Assembly (NCBI GenBank): GCA_965112155.1
Contig: OZ218100.1
Direction: 5' to 3' (one strand)
Length of the DNA stretch: 64,000 bases
Source of the DNA: Podarcis liolepis
Lineage: Eukaryota
Shown here piece by piece: positions 13,230 to 27,637 of the stretch; within the stretch, counting starts at the first letter, position 1, and every line of letters starts with the position of its first letter. Made by a program: the position numbers and the translations under genes. Under the pieces are notes generated by a model that saw nothing but the letters and a program-made list of their open reading frames with translations, had not been told where the DNA came from and made no database searches.

Positions 13230-14257
13230 CTGCAGAAAGAAAAATATATTTTGCATGACACTCTGAAGGAACAGATGACTTAGGATACTAGTGCAAATCC
13301 TACACCTGTCTACTCAAAAGAGTCTTACTCCCAAGGTAAGTGCATACAGAACTGTATTCTACGGATACTTTCAAAGACTTACCAAAATCATTGTTTCTCA
13401 ATAGTCATGCAGCTACTTAAAGCTAACTGTATGATATCTTACTCTTTAATGTTATTTACCTGATGTCAGTAGTTCTGTTCCCCTAAGGCCAAAGCTTTTC
13501 AAGCAATTTTGAAAAGCATTACAGAATTGGTTACTGATTTCACTCAAATTAGTAATTGGTATTCCCCCCCCCCCCAAGATATAATCCACAAAATCTCGGT
13601 ATATTTCACTAAAACATTCCCTTTTTAATATTATTTCTATTTTTTCAGTTTTAACAATGACATCTAACCAGAATGCAGAATACAAAATATCAGAAATATC
13701 ACAAGTAAAAACTTAGCAAAGCTAGGAGCGTAATCTAACACATACAACTAGAAAATACTACTTTGATTAGAGAACAACAGCAATTACAGAATTTTATTCT
13801 CTAGTTCCTCAAGGTGATTCGAAAGGCTCTTCCAAATCTATTTAAATTAATGTCTCAAGTTAAAACAATTTCATTTTCAGGACTCAAGACCATGAAGTGA
13901 TCTGGAAACAAGTGAACAGGTTTACAATGAAACAGAAATGTTATCCATGCTAGTCACTAGCTTGAAAGCCAAGACTTCAGATTCCTTGATTTATCTCTTT
14001 CACTGAGTGTGACTCTCAGGAATGACTAGTTCTAGAAATAGCTACCTACACAAATTATGAATTACTGTGAAGCAGTATACAGACCCTCAGAGCAACTTTA
14101 CCAATTATGATGTTTCGCGTTACAGACCCAAGTCTACAAACCGGCAGTTACAAACATAGTGATGAGTAATACTCTCAATGACAAAGCATTTCCTTAGAAG
14201 TACTTCTGCTTCTAATAGATCCCTGAAAACATTTTTTTTTTAAACTGCTTTGCTTAC

Positions 14258-14407
14258 CAGGAATTCCTAGTTCCATTTCTATAAATCGAACATAGTTTTG
14301 TGCATTTACAGGCAGTTCATCAAAAGTCCTTGCATTTGATATGTCTGTGTTCCATCCTGGGAGGGTCTCATACTGAACCTCTACTTTATTTAAGACTTCT
14401 TGGTTTG
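14258..14407 (-). CDS. ADSS2: ADSS2 exon 12 ([19 protein letters not shown]...ELGIP)
   Basis: 150 nt, GT-AG, conserved LPGW and LPxNAQNY motifs. Confidence 0.97.
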
Positions 14408-15477
14408 CTTTATTAAAAAAAAAAAAAGGCAGCAGTGTAACAGATAGTCTTACTGTTGACAATAATATCAGACTTGTTTAATCATTCAGATAAGCAAATT
14501 TTACAACCTCAAGTCACCCAAAGGAATAAAAGATGAAGAAACAAAAGAATGGCTGTGCAAAACAGCTCAGTAACCAACTTAACAGCCATCCCAAAATCCT
14601 TTACATAGGTGAAATATAGGGAAAGGAAGCTAACTACTGTGAGGGAAATGACAGATTCCCTATAAAGCAGAGATGATGAACCTTTTGGGTCCAGAGGCCA
14701 GATCTTAATCTCCTCCACCACGCATGACAGGTTGGTGAACCTGTCAAAGTTGGTCCATGGGAAGGAAAACTCCCATGGAGTTCAGCAGGGCTGAACTCCT
14801 CACGCAAAATTTCAATACTGCTTTATCCAGGTATCAGCTGTACAAGTAGGCAATGCAGCTGTATCTCTGTCTTAACATCCGATACCACATAAGATGTCAG
14901 GTGTAGGTCCGGTGGGTTTGTGGGGTTGTTGTTTTTTTTTGAAAATAGCCTCAGGAGCCAAATAAAGAGATTTGGCAGTCAAAATCTAAGCTTGGAGGTC
15001 AGATGTTCCCCACTCTGCTATGGGGGAATTAAGGGCAACTAACTATAGAGTGCTCTTCCCAAAGAGCCTCCCTTAGTACTTATATTAACATATTTTAGGA
15101 ACTAGGCAAAGTATTCTCCTGGACATTTAATTGCTAATACCTCAGGTGCTCTTGTTAGAGCATTTTTTTCATTAGTTAATTTTATGGTTATCATGCTCAT
15201 TTTGTTTGGGGTCAGTGGAGTTTTGGGGATTCATCTAACAAGTCCCATCAGTGGAAGCCTTGTACCATGATTTCAGCTTGTCCAACATGGTTTCTCCTCC
15301 GCACTCCCCAAAAATGGCTCGGGGTGTGTGTGTCAGAACATCCCACAGAAGAGGGGAGGGGGGAGAGAGAAAGAGGATTATTCTATTTGGCAATTTGCTA
15401 TGCTTGCACAGACAGAACGACTGAAAGAGTGCAATGTTGAATTCCACTCTGACTATTCTGAGGAGTAATGTATGATC

Positions 15478-15613
15478 TGTTGGTACAGCATGAGACACTT
15501 GATCTCAGTTTCATGGGTTCCAGCCCCACATTGTGCAAAGGACTCCTGCACTGCAGGGGTTTGGACTAGATAACCCTCAAGGTCCCTTCCAACCCTAGAA
15601 TTTTATGATTCTG
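15478..15613 (+). mobile_element. tRNA-derived SINE with CR1-like tail (decayed)
   Basis: tRNA-like head (gttggtacagcatgagac...gggttc) followed by ttggactagat...aggtcccttccaac...attttatgattct. Confidence 0.6.
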
Positions 15614-15848
15614 TTATTTTAAGTATTATTTACTGTGTTTTAATATTTCACGTAATTTTGTACGAATCAAATTTTACATACTGCAATTTGCCTTGTGGCT
15701 TTTATATCAGCTGATGAATAAATTACAACAGAAGCAACAATAAAAACAACAGTAGTGAACCTACACTATAGTGAGGGGATACATCTAGCATTAAATATAC
15801 CACTGGAAAAGTTATAGTATGGACACACACATGATCATATGTACTCAC

Positions 15849-15946
15849 CTGGAAAATGAGGTATGATTTTATCATTTATTCTGTAAGCAACACCAACTTT
15901 AATTTCTGGAAATACATCCAAAATATCCAATTTGGTAAGAGCCAAT
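15849..15946 (-). CDS. ADSS2: ADSS2 exon 11 ([21 protein letters not shown]...PHFP)
   Basis: 98 nt, GT-AG, TKLD guanine-recognition motif. Confidence 0.97.
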
Positions 15947-16436
15947 CTGTTTTAAAATAAAATATTGATGTGTTAGTTAGGTATAGACAAATATAAGCTA
16001 TAATCTTAGGAAGTAAATTTGTTTATTTTTAAAGAAAGATATAAATCACTAGGGCTTACATGGTTGCTTAGTCTTTGAAGCCACGCTTACCCATGTATAT
16101 GTGACAGCCTACCTTTAAATCTTGCTTTAAAATTATAGACTAAAAAAAAGTAACCTGGGAAAACCCTGGAATTCCAGAATAAAAGCCAAAGAGAGACTAC
16201 GAACATTTAACATCAGATAACTTTCTTCCAGAAGGAATATCATAGTTATTAGCATGGCAGCTGGCAAGTCTTACTTCAGTACTGTGACTTTAAAAACCAT
16301 TTTGTCTTCCACAGTGAGTCTTCAAAACATTGTTCTTTACTTAAAGGGTGCTAGTTTCATTCCCATTACTTCGTATTGTTTCTACAAAGTATTATACTCT
16401 ATTACAGTGCACTTGCTACCACTACAAACTACTCAC

Positions 16437-16561
16437 GCAGTAAATCCATTGATCATGTGAGCGTATCTAAGCAACACCAGATCTAGCCAGCCACATCTTC
16501 TTTTCCGACCTGTGGTCACACCAACCTCTTTCCCACGTGTCTGCAGTAATTCTCCAATTTT
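16437..16561 (-). CDS. ADSS2: ADSS2 exon 10 ([27 protein letters not shown]...NGFTA)
   Basis: 125 nt, GT-AG, aspartate-binding loop [12 protein letters not shown]. Confidence 0.97.
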
Positions 16562-17455
16562 CTAAGAAACAGAATATAGTCATGTTATACACTGGAGTAA
16601 TATTGTTCATTTCTATGTAAACACAATTTACTGACAACAGAAAACAAAATCTACTTTACATTTCCAACCCCACATAGTGCACAAAACTTTTAACAAGGAT
16701 GAAGATACAAGTACAGGAGCCACCTTTAATGCCAGGTATCAATGTGAAAATACCATTGAGCAGGCCATTTTCTCAACACTCCATGTTGATTCCATTGTAT
16801 AATGCCTACCTGCTACCTCAAAGGAGTGTTGTAGCTCAGTTATTGTTTGTGAAGCTCTGAAATCCTTGGCAATCTTAAATTGCTAGTCCTGTTAATTCAG
16901 CTTGGAATCAAAAAGGCAAACTGGTTCACGTGCATCGTCACTAGTAATAAAGATTCTGCAACTGGAACTTAGTTAACAATTCTGCTGCTGATTCATGAGC
17001 AAGAACAGAATTCAGCTTGCTCTCCGACAGAAATATAGGCTCTGCAGGACTGAGGAATAAGCAGTAGTTAAAAACTTTTTAAAAGCACATATAAACACCC
17101 AGGCAGCAGATCTGTGGACTGAGAAACTTACATTTCAGACAGAAAGCAGCAGCACTTTAAAGTATGTGGTATACAGAATCTGATGCCTGGGAGAGTACAG
17201 CCATGCATACCTTAAATCATTGGTCTTCAACTGATGGGTCAGGAGCCACTACAGGGTCACAACCTGTTCTGAGGTGGGTCGTAACAAAAGCACAACCACC
17301 ATACAAACATATGGTTAAAAAAAAAAAGGATATGGGTCCCCAAATGCATATTGGATTAAAGGTGGGTCCCAGGTGTTGGGAAAGGGTTGGAAGACCACTG
17401 TGTTAGATAATATTTCTGAGAACTGTACATTCATTTACTTTGTTCCAATAACTCA

Positions 17456-17770
<315 letters not shown>

Positions 17771-17941
17771 TTAAAAATAGTGGTATACTTCCAATCCCAA
17801 GATGTACAATGAACATTCAATGTATAAGAACGACTATAATGCAACCAGTCTTAAACAGCTGTATTCTGCACAGTCCTTCAAATACACATGTAACAAGTAC
17901 CTCACACATTGTGACTATGATAAAAAAGACTTTATACATAC

Positions 17942-18068
17942 CAAAATCAATGTCCAGTAGTGCTGCATTTGCACCCTCTACTAAAATTTTCTTTGGTGGG
18001 CCGTGTAAAGCTTCATACATAAAGTATACACCATCTCTCACCATTGGTTTGAGCCTTTCAGTGTAACC
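17942..18068 (-). CDS. ADSS2: ADSS2 exon 8 ([13 protein letters not shown]...[13 protein letters not shown])
   Basis: 127 nt, [17 protein letters not shown] motif. Confidence 0.97.
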
Positions 18069-19724
18069 CTAAGACAAACATGTCCTAGAGATTAGAATGT
18101 AGTAAACTACAATCTTCAAAACACACTGTAGACACTGTACCAAACAGGCAGGCAAATAATTATTCTAGTCTTGTAATAAAATAAAAGTGTCATTTGCTAT
18201 TTGTTAGCCATGTCAACTATAGGCTATTCTTTGTGTCAAGGAGAATGTGCATAAGAACAAAGCATTTATATGTCATTCATTAGTTCTTTCTCAAGTTAAA
18301 ATTATTAAGAGTCCTGCTGGATCAGACCAAGAGTCTAACAACTAATCCACTATGTTGTTTCTAACACTTGCCAAATATCTGCAGAAAGCTCACAAAGAGA
18401 GCAGGAAGAAAAAGTCTTCCCCTCTTTGTCCCCCCTGCAAGCACTATTTAGGGACACACTATTTGTGAATTTTGAGTGTCCATTTAGCTACCACAGCTAA
18501 TAGCATTGGTAGACCTATGCTCCACAAAATTTGTCTACCACTGTCACTGCCACATCTTGCGACAGCATAATCCTCAACTGAGCTATGCACTGCATGAAGA
18601 ACTACCTTTTCATGTTGTGTGTGAATGAGAGTCAGTAGAGCAAGGTGGATGCTCCAGAGGAAGACACCTGATAAAGGCAGAAGTTGCATGACCTTGGATA
18701 GTTCCAAGCAACACTGTTACAAATCCATTTCAGTCAGTGTACCTCTCATGCAGTAAGAGGAAGAGTAGAAATGAATGTGCTAGTCACTTCACTGTGTTGG
18801 TCATTACTATTACCCCCCACACGCTGGAGTGCAGACATCTGCAGTGGGGCACCTGCTGAACCTAGTAGGCCCCTTGCGAACTTGAGAGCCCTGCATAAGC
18901 AGAATTCTAAATCTCACAGGGAGGCTGCATAAATATGGCAGCCTCCCTACTGCAATGACTGGAGAATAGCAAAGGAAGGCATGATGGGGCAACAAAGGTA
19001 TCAGGTAGCACATCTGCCCCGTTTTTGCTCATGTGATTCTACCTCTGTCAGGGAAACTAACAATTGAATATGATTACAGTATGCCTTTTGTCCATTTCCC
19101 TTGGGCCAGACTATCCCTCCTAAGTTCTGCCTACTTTTTGAAGAGCAGAAAGCTTTACAGGTCTAGTCCTCTGGCATGAAGTTTAGCACTCCATTACATC
19201 TCAATCAGCTTCTGCCTTATGAATTGTCTGTATTGCTGAACAGGCATAGGTTACTGTGACGTTCAGGGTTGGGGTCATGTCAAGGTTCACTGGGTGACCC
19301 TGAGTTCCAATACTATAAGAGAGAGAAAATGTGTTTTGATCCATATATTTTCCCAATACCAGGAATGACTGTATGCAAAAAAGGCTTTAACCAATGATTT
19401 TCTGATGTAGGGCACAAACCTTTACCAAGCTATACACTAGCTCTCAGAAGAATTGTCACATCAGTGTAGAATATGAGCTTCTAAAAGATAAAAAGACCAC
19501 AGGATTCCTTTTCTACATGAAATGTAAGATTCAGCAAACAGGTTTAATTCAGTAAATAACTGACTACTGTGATAAAGCTACTGGGTCATTTGTTTCTGAC
19601 TTATGATAACCCAAATGCAGGCAATTTGCTAGTTAAAGCAATAAGTTAACTGACTCTGCTTGTGTGTCAGAAGCAGTGTTTCTTTATCTTTTTATCAGAA
19701 GAAACATACAAAGATAAATCCATC

Positions 19725-19726
19725 TG

Positions 19727-19750
<24 letters not shown>
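19725..19750. repeat. (TG)n microsatellite
   Basis: Direct reading. Confidence 0.95.
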
Positions 19751-19759
<9 letters not shown>

Positions 19760-19802
19760 ATGTATATAATGGCAAATAATTCACAACTCCTCTATAGTTT
19801 AC

Positions 19803-19884
19803 CTTCAGTCTTTTCAATTCTCCTTCAATGTCTATCTCTAAGGTAGGGTAAACAGACTTGTACTGGTTGGCCAACACTTTGAAT
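19803..19884 (-). CDS. ADSS2: ADSS2 exon 7 ([27 protein letters not shown])
   Basis: 82 nt, GT-AG, in frame with neighbours. Confidence 0.96.
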
Positions 19885-20099
19885 CTAAAAAGTAAAATAA
19901 GTACAAATAAATTATGCTTGCAACAGGTTTTTTTAAAAAAAACCTTGATAAAGATTTTAACTTAACACATGTGAAAACAAAAAGAGACTCACAAATGAGA
20001 GATCCAGTAAGGGATTTTTTAGAATATGAAAATCAGAATATACAAGCCCTAGTAATAAATTTATTTGAAATATTTACATTACTCTAGAGAAGTGGTTAC

Positions 20100-20207
20100 C
20101 TTTCTGAAAATTCATTGAAGTCAGAAACTAGATCACACATTCTGAGCCCACTTCGAGCTGCTTTAGAAGAATACACTGGACCAATTCCCTTTTTTGTAGT
20201 TCCCAAG
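20100..20207 (-). CDS. ADSS2: ADSS2 exon 6 ([26 protein letters not shown]...)
   Basis: 108 nt, [16 protein letters not shown]-binding signature. Confidence 0.97.
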
Positions 20208-22945
20208 CTTTAAAACACAAAAATAAAAAACATACACATACTACACAATCTGTGACTATCAATTCAACTAGGTTGTTGTTAAGTTTCTAAAAATAAAATT
20301 ACTCTGGAAGTATGTTGTACATACTTGGTAGTTTAAAATTATCATTCACTGAGGTAAAACATTTCCCCCAGTGGGCACCCAGGAGAAGAGAAGATTAAGA
20401 AGAAACAGAATGCTGGCAGGTAGTGCAAAACATCCTCAGAAGTGTTACTTGTAATACTGATATACAAAATACTTAAAAAGCTACAGTCTAAACATTATTT
20501 AGTATTTACCTTAAAGGATGAACGAACATATTATCACATTGTTTATATGTATTTCATATGCATTTCTTCTGTGCAAATCTCAATGAATTTTCTTAACAGA
20601 GACTGTAGTGGTGTGAATCTTAGCATGCTAAGAGTGAAGAGCTTACTTAAAAGTAAAGCAACATACAGGGTATATCTCAAACGTGGTGGAACACTGCTGA
20701 GAACTGAGACTAAACAAAAACAACACTATCATTCAATGTGGTCAGAATAGTTTATGCTTTTAGACCACGGTTATATGGAGTAAGGAGCTCATTATTTCCT
20801 GTTATATGACCTGCACTATACTTTTCTTCTCAGCATGGCTACTGCACATGATAAACCATTTGCCTATCTCCACCCAAAGGCTATAAAACTGCTCTGTGCC
20901 AATCTTCCATTAAAAAGCCCATAGAATTGAGGAAACCTATTCCTGGTCAAATTATGAATCAAGGATCTTGGATGCCTAACTGTAAAGTCTGTCTTAGAAC
21001 TGTGTTGCCTGAACCAAGGCTAATTAGTCCTTCTGTCATAGCAAGAGGTCTTAAGACAACTCCAACAATTGGTTTAACAAACTACAAGTTGTCCCACAGA
21101 TGATCAAACAAACCATGGAATGTTTCCCAAATTTTTGTTTTGTTTTCCAGCTGCTTTTGCCGCAAGCCTTTAGTAGTCTGGTGAAAATCTGGGGTGGGAT
21201 GAGCAAATACACCATTGTTAAGGATTCTGGGTTCATATGTAATAGCAAGCCATAATTTAAATCAAGGTTCATAAGCCATCAATAAACCATGATTACAGAT
21301 CATGATTTGATGGCAGTGAACAAACCATAGCTAAGCTATTGGGGAGGTTCACACAACACTAAGTTAAGGTTTAATCAACAATGGTTAGGTATTGTTTGCA
21401 AAACAAGCCAATGGCATCAATCAAGAAGTAGGACAGGTTGAGATTTGCAATGTTAAGAGTAAACAAATCACAGATGAAAAAGGGAGTGGAGAAGAATGTA
21501 AACACAGCCTGTTATGAGTCTCATACAATGACCCAGTCAGATTTTGTTTTGTCTATATCACATTCTGTGATACTAGCAAAACTTCAGATATGCAAATTTA
21601 CAATACAGACAGGCCAAGTTCTGGAAAATGGAAAATGTTAACTGCACAACCAACTTTTTCACAAAAGGAGAAAATTTTCCTTAAAAGAGCCACTATCATT
21701 AATGCAGCAGATCAATTCCCTGTCAAAGTAGGGCAACAACCTAGACTTCTAGAGTCCATTCGTTATACTATTCCTAAGTATCAACAACCACAGAACTCTT
21801 GAGTCAGGTTTGTATTATTTTGATTTATTTTAAGAAGACATGATTAATAGTTCAGTACTTCCCCACTCCATCCATATTTGCAAAAGGAAATATGTCAAGT
21901 TTGATTCTTGCCTTTTTAAAAACAATCAGCTGTGCAATTTAAAAAAATACTAACTGCATGGATGGAAATGAAATCAACATCTTTATGTTGTACTAGTGCC
22001 TAGGAATATATCAAGAAGAGAGGGGTACCCTTAGATCTACAGATTTAGCACCGTCACCATGATTGAGGAAGGATACATAATCCAACGAAATAACATGCAA
22101 ATAAACAAGTCCCACCCCAGGACAGGCTGACAGGATCCTGACCAAGAATATTTCCTCTTTTGCCCATGACCAATCTAATTCTGAATGTACAAAGGAATTA
22201 AATGTGCTAAAACCCAGATATGACTTTTCAAATTTCACAGAGGGTGTGAAAGTTTCCCAATCATTCAATATCATACCACTATCATTTCAATGGATCAGTG
22301 TGGGGTAGAAAAATAAAAAGCACACACACTAGTATTTCCTAGTTCTGACCTTAATTCATTCATCATAACCTTATCACATGACATCACCATTACGCACATT
22401 AGGTAAGAGAGCTTAAGAGCCTTGAATCTCTGGAAGACACCCAAAATATTCTGTACTCATTATGCTGTAACATGATCCCAGAGATTCAGATACATTTCCC
22501 ATTCCTGCTGAAGAACAAGATTCACATCAGTGATAAAGAGCAACAGTTTTACGGGTATGCTACTTGGAATTTAATATATGCTCTGCAAAAAATATATCCA
22601 AGTGAACTGCAAAGGTATTGAGGCTTACAATTTAAGAACAAAATTGTTGTGCAAAAACTTATGTCTTAAGTGTATTCTAAAGTTGAAGAGAATTTTGTTG
22701 CGCCCTTGAGGTTGAAAATAAACTAACTAATTTTGAATCCTTGAATCACATGTCTTAAAGTACATACAAATAAGTGGGAATGTACAAGTGTCCCAGATTT
22801 CCTTGCAAAAACATTAAGAAAGAATCTTATTGCAATGCACCCTTATTGAATAGATTCTGGAAGTGTACTGGCTGAAAGGCCCTCCCGGTCACTCAAAATT
22901 TCTTCCAGTATTTACAATTAAGACATTTGACAACACATAACATAC

Positions 22946-23012
22946 TTCTTTCCTGCTTGCTCTTGTCTTTGCTGTTCCTGGATGCCATCAGCAGCTTGAT
23001 GGAAGTCAAATA
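22946..23012 (-). CDS. ADSS2: ADSS2 exon 5 ([21 protein letters not shown])
   Basis: 67 nt, GT-AG, in frame. Confidence 0.96.
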
Positions 23013-23455
23013 CTAGGAATTTGAAGGGTACAAAATGAACTCTGTTGTATTAATACCTGCATTAAGTACCAAACTAAAGTAAGCTATTATTTCTCATTAA
23101 TGTATGCCAAAGTATTTTGGAAATCATCATTTGTTCTAGATATATAAACTTTAAGTAACAAGCACCTGGAGAAAATACAGCTGTTTAGTAAAATAATATT
23201 TTAGAAAAAGCACTTGAATTTGTGAACACAAAAGTCAAGGCAAACAAAAGTATGCAAACAAAGCACTACAGTATGCTACAACTCAAGAGATGCCAGTCAA
23301 ACCTTTTCTGTTCAAAAACATTTGCATTTCTCCAGGGCTACTGACATTCCAAGCATCTTAAAATTCTCTTATATTGCAGAAGTTATAGAGGCTGAATAGA
23401 ATACATAGAATGCATCTTGTTATCCCAATAACTGGGGGGTTTGCACTAATCATCA

Positions 23456-23818
23456 GGGACGCGGGTGGCGCTGTGAGTAAAACCTCAGTGCCTAGGACTT
23501 GCCGATCGTATGGTCGGCGGTTCGAATCCCCGCGGCGCGGTGAGCTCCCGTCTTTCGGTCCCAGCTCCTGCCCACCTAGCAGTTCGAAAGCACCCCTAGT
23601 GCAAGTAGATAAATAGGTACCGCTTTATAGCGGGAAGGTAAACGGCGTTTCCGTGTGCTGCGCTGGTGCTGGCTCGCCAGAGCAGCTTCGTCACGCTGGC
23701 CACATGACCCAGAAGTGTCTCCGGACAGCGCTGGCCCCTGGCCTCTTAAGTGAGATGGGCGAACAACCCTAGAGTCGGACACGACTGGCCCGTACTGGCA
23801 GGGGTACCTTTACCTTTA
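23456..23818 (+). mobile_element. Full-length Sauria SINE
   Basis: gggacgcgggtggcgctgtg head, B-box ggttcgaatccc, tacctttaccttta tail, TSD cactaatca. Confidence 0.9.
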
Positions 23819-24461
23819 CACTAATCAGCATCAATATTCTAAGACTGACAAAGGCAACAAAGAAATACACCAAAAGGGTGGACTTGCTTTGTCAATGGCC
23901 GCACGTGTTGAAAGGGGCTATAAACACACAATTATCTGAAGTGGAAACACATTTCGAACATTAAAGTGAAAAGGCTGGTTTTAATATACCCTGCTTCTTA
24001 TCAATATTAGGTAACTTTATTACACTGCTTAACAATCTTTGTTTAAATTGGTTAATCTCTGTGATACAACAGCAGTTGCTAGTGTTTTAAGGCAGGCAGG
24101 GAGGGAATTGTTCCTGAGAAACTACTTAAGAACCATGCTATTCATTGGTGATTTGCAGCAAAGGAGGGGACAATCCAAGGGCAGCACAATGTTTTCTTGT
24201 CTCCTGATCAGCTTAGCTGGATAGATTGGGGAAATGTCCGCCATCTTCATCTGTTATGAGTTTGCTAGACCTTTGATGCTTGCAGTAGAAATCATTTTAT
24301 GTGCAGAAGAGAAAGCCAAGGTACTTCCTCCCTTGCATTTCTTGTTTGATGGGACACCAAAAAGGTAGACGAATAAAGACACGCTTTAGGCTAGATGTTG
24401 CTCATGTTGCCATTTGGTCACCCCTGGTATAAATTGCATTAGTATGCAGTATAGAAGACAT

Positions 24462-24697
24462 AAAGGTAAAGGTAAAGGGACCCCTGACCATTAGGTCCAG
24501 TCGAGGACAACTCTGGGGTTGCGGCGCTCATCTTGCTTTATTGGCCGAGGGAGTCAGCATACAGCTTCCGGGTCATGTGGCCAGCATGACTAAGCCGCTT
24601 TCTGGCGAACCAGAGCAGCGCATGGAAACGCCGTTTACCTTCCCCGCTGGAGCGGTAACTATTTATCTACTTGCACTTTGGCGTGCTTTCAAACTGC
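24462..24697 (-). mobile_element. 5'-truncated Sauria SINE
   Basis: aaaggtaaaggtaaag tail and body similar to copy at 9099. Confidence 0.85.
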
Positions 24698-25143
24698 ACA
24701 TTTATTTATACATAAGGCAATAAATAAGATGATCCTCCAACCATTCATCTTGACAAATTCTTGACATAAACATTCATTTGTGGAAGAACACATTTACTAT
24801 AAAACAATTACCAGTTTAGATAAAAAACACCTCTTGTTTAAGAGTTTGATTTCCACTTTGATAGCCAATGCAGTATTTGATACCAGAAAGCTAGCTTTAG
24901 AACCCTGTCTACTATGTTGGGAGGCTGTTCTCTTTCAATAGCTGCTGTTGAATAATGTAGGGGGGTGTCTACATTTGAAGTGGGCACAACAAAAGGCCCC
25001 ACTATGTGCATGGAACATTCCCCCACAGCCCTTTGTATTCTAACCTATATTACTGCTAGATATTTACAAATGAAAAACAAATCAGAGCTAGAGATTAAAA
25101 AATATTTTGAATCATTTAATATATTTCAATATTTTTTACTTAC

Positions 25144-25194
25144 CAATATGAGCTCTGTCAGATATAATTAATCTTTTTTCCCAACCTTCCAATC
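25144..25194 (-). CDS. ADSS2: ADSS2 exon 4 (LEGWEKRLIISDRAHI)
   Basis: 51 nt, GT-AG, ISDRAH motif. Confidence 0.96.
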
Positions 25195-25679
25195 CTTTGA
25201 AAAGCAACAAAAGAAATATTATGGGGGGAAACACATTTAGAAATCAGTTACTTTTAATGGCCAACAACAAAATTCTATGCATTTTTAAAGAGAAGAAAAT
25301 TCCACTGCCTTTGGTGGTACTTACTCCCAAGTAAGTGTGCAAAGGATTACAGCCTAATGTGATCAGTTGAATGAAGAGACAGTTTAGAAAATATCACAAA
25401 ACTAACTCAATGTATCTTGGAAAAACCAAACAAATTTCAGTCATTGCTATTTGTCTCAAACATACAATATCTTGAAAATGGATCTATATAAAACACTGGC
25501 TTATGAACACTCTAACTCGCAATAGAAACACTAGATATTTATTTAATATTACTTCTTCCATTTAAATTCTATTTCATCATGTGGCTTTAAAAAAAAAGTG
25601 GTGCATTTAGATAATCTGAACACTAATCCAACATTCTTGGCCACTGAAAATTTTAAAATTATATACAGCGTGTATTTGT

Positions 25680-26110
25680 ATTTTATTTTTTATTTTTTTA
25701 ATAATATTTATTGCTTTTACAACAATTTAAACACTACAGAAAACAAAGAAAAAACAATACATTACAATACAAAGACACTACCTTACACTAAGACATTAAA
25801 CTAACAAGACAAAACAAAAACAATTTTAAAACACATCAACAAAGAAAAGAAAACAAAAGAAATTTCAATGTTTTATCTTTCTTTCACATATTTCCATGAC
25901 CTCCTCATACCTCCCTTTTTGTATTCCACTTCTATTAATTATTTCAGCAATTCCTTTCCATCTTCCCGTTTCCTATCCTATAATTATCTTAACACATTTC
26001 AGCCTTATTTTTCTTTTAATACTCTATTAATCTATTTGTACTTAATTCCTTATAACCTTTCTACTAAAGCCATATCACTTCATTCCAACATTCTTCTAGC
26101 ATTCCTTAAT
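25680..26110 (-). mobile_element. L1-like 3' UTR remnant
   Basis: T-rich tail on + strand; composition mirrors the 46300-46545 L1 3' end. Confidence 0.5.
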
Positions 26111-26367
26111 TTGTATTTGTATTTTAAAGTGTTGTATGTCATATACCACTTACTTTAAGTGCTAAATAGAAATAAATGGGGGGGGGGGAATTCTGAACAA
26201 AAGAAATAAATCTTTGAGAATTGGTTACTTTTTCCCTCAATGCACCAAGTGGATACCATCAGGCAACTCAGGAGCAGAAACACATTGGTAATTACCAAGT
26301 TCTGCTATATACCAATGCGAGAGAATCCTCGCCATCTCCCTACGATACCTTAGAAAGCTGTTCTTAC

Positions 26368-26436
26368 CTTTTCCTTTTTTAACATTTTTCTCTGCTTCTT
26401 CAAACAATCCTGGCAAGTGAATTACCACACCATTTC
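26368..26436 (-). CDS. ADSS2: ADSS2 exon 3 ([22 protein letters not shown])
   Basis: 69 nt, GT-AG, GNGVVIH motif. Confidence 0.96.
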
Positions 26437-26535
26437 CTGGGGAAAACACGAAAAGGGAGTGATCAATGAGGAACACAAGAAGGTTAAAAGTCTCAAAAAC
26501 CCCAGTTTTGACCTTGCAAAAAGGAAAAGCATTTA

Positions 26536-26924
26536 CCGTATTTTTCGCCCTATAGGACGCACCTAGTTTGGGGAGGGGGATAAAGGAAAAAAAATTATCC
26601 CCCCCCCAGCCGCGGTAACTCTCCCAGGGCTCCCTAGGCTGCAGATAGCTTCCCGAAGCGCGGGGCACTCTGCTTCAGTGCACCCCGCGCTCCGGGCAAG
26701 CAGGCTGCTATCCGCAGCCTAGGGAGCCCTGTGGGAACTCCCGCGGACTCCCCAGGCTTACGGATAGCTTCCTGAAGCCTGGAGAGAGAGGGGGGTTGGT
26801 GCGCACCGACCCCTCTCGCTCTCCAAGCTTCAGCGAAAGCCTGCATTCGCCCCATAGGACGCACACACATTTCCCATTCATTTTTGGAGGGGAAAAAGTG
26901 CGTCCTATAGGGTGAAAAATACGG
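26536..26924. mobile_element. Tc1/mariner (Tc2-like, CCGTA-terminal) MITE
   Basis: TA-ccgtatttttcgccctataggacgc ... gcgtcctatagggtgaaaaatacgg-TA. Confidence 0.85.
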
Positions 26925-26975
26925 TAAATACTAAAATATATCTTATATTACTTACTTTTCAGTTAAAGTCTAGGG

Positions 26976-27230
26976 CATTGGTAGGCAAACTAAGGCCCGG
27001 GAGCTGGATCCGGCCCAATCGCCTTCTAAATCTGGCCTGCGCACGGTCCAGGAATCAGTGTGTTTTTACATGAGTAGAATTTGTCCTTTTATTTAAAATG
27101 CATCTCTGAGTTATTTGTGGGGCATAGGAATTCATTCATTTATTTTATTTTTACAAAATATAGTCCGGCCCCCCACAAGGTCTGAGGGACAGTGGACTGG
27201 CCCCCTGCTGAAAAGGTTTGCAGACCCCTG
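26976..27230. mobile_element. hAT (Charlie-like) MITE with perfect 8-bp TSD
   Basis: TSD gtctaggg at 26968-26975 and 27231-27238; ends tttgcagacccctg. Confidence 0.85.
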
Positions 27231-27262
27231 GTCTAGGGCTTCAATCCAATGGTGACTTTGTA

Positions 27263-27504
27263 CAGTGGTACCTCAGGTTACAGACGTTTTGGGTTACAGA
27301 TGCTTTGGGTTACAAACTCCGCTAACCAGGAAGTGGTTGCTCCAGGTTAAGAACTTTGCCCCAGGATAAGAGCGGAAATCACGTGCCGGCAGTGCAGCGG
27401 CAGCAGGAGACCCCATTAGCAAAAGCACGCCTCAGGTTAAGAATCGTTTCAGGTTAAGAACGGACCTCTGGAACGAATTAAGTTCTTAACCCGAGGTACT
27501 ACTG
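27263..27504. mobile_element. Tigger-like MITE
   Basis: TA-cagtggtacctc ... gaggtactactg-TA. Confidence 0.85.
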
Positions 27505-27637
27505 TAATCACACGTATAAGGCACTGAAAGCACCCAATATTTGGGTAGTAGGGCGGGGATGTGGGAAAAGGAGCACAGAGGGCTGGTGTAGATTAGAGTC
27601 ATGTGCGCCACTCTATACAAGCATTAGTGCTTTCCAC

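Noticed and set aside
16515-16535. KEVGVTTG instead of the REFGVTTG I recall for human ADSS2
   Set aside because: Position is variable among ADSS homologs; the TTGRKRR residues are intact.
23456-23535. tRNA gene (A/B-box like sequence)
   Set aside because: It is the tRNA-derived head of a Sauria SINE, continuous with the SINE body and tail.
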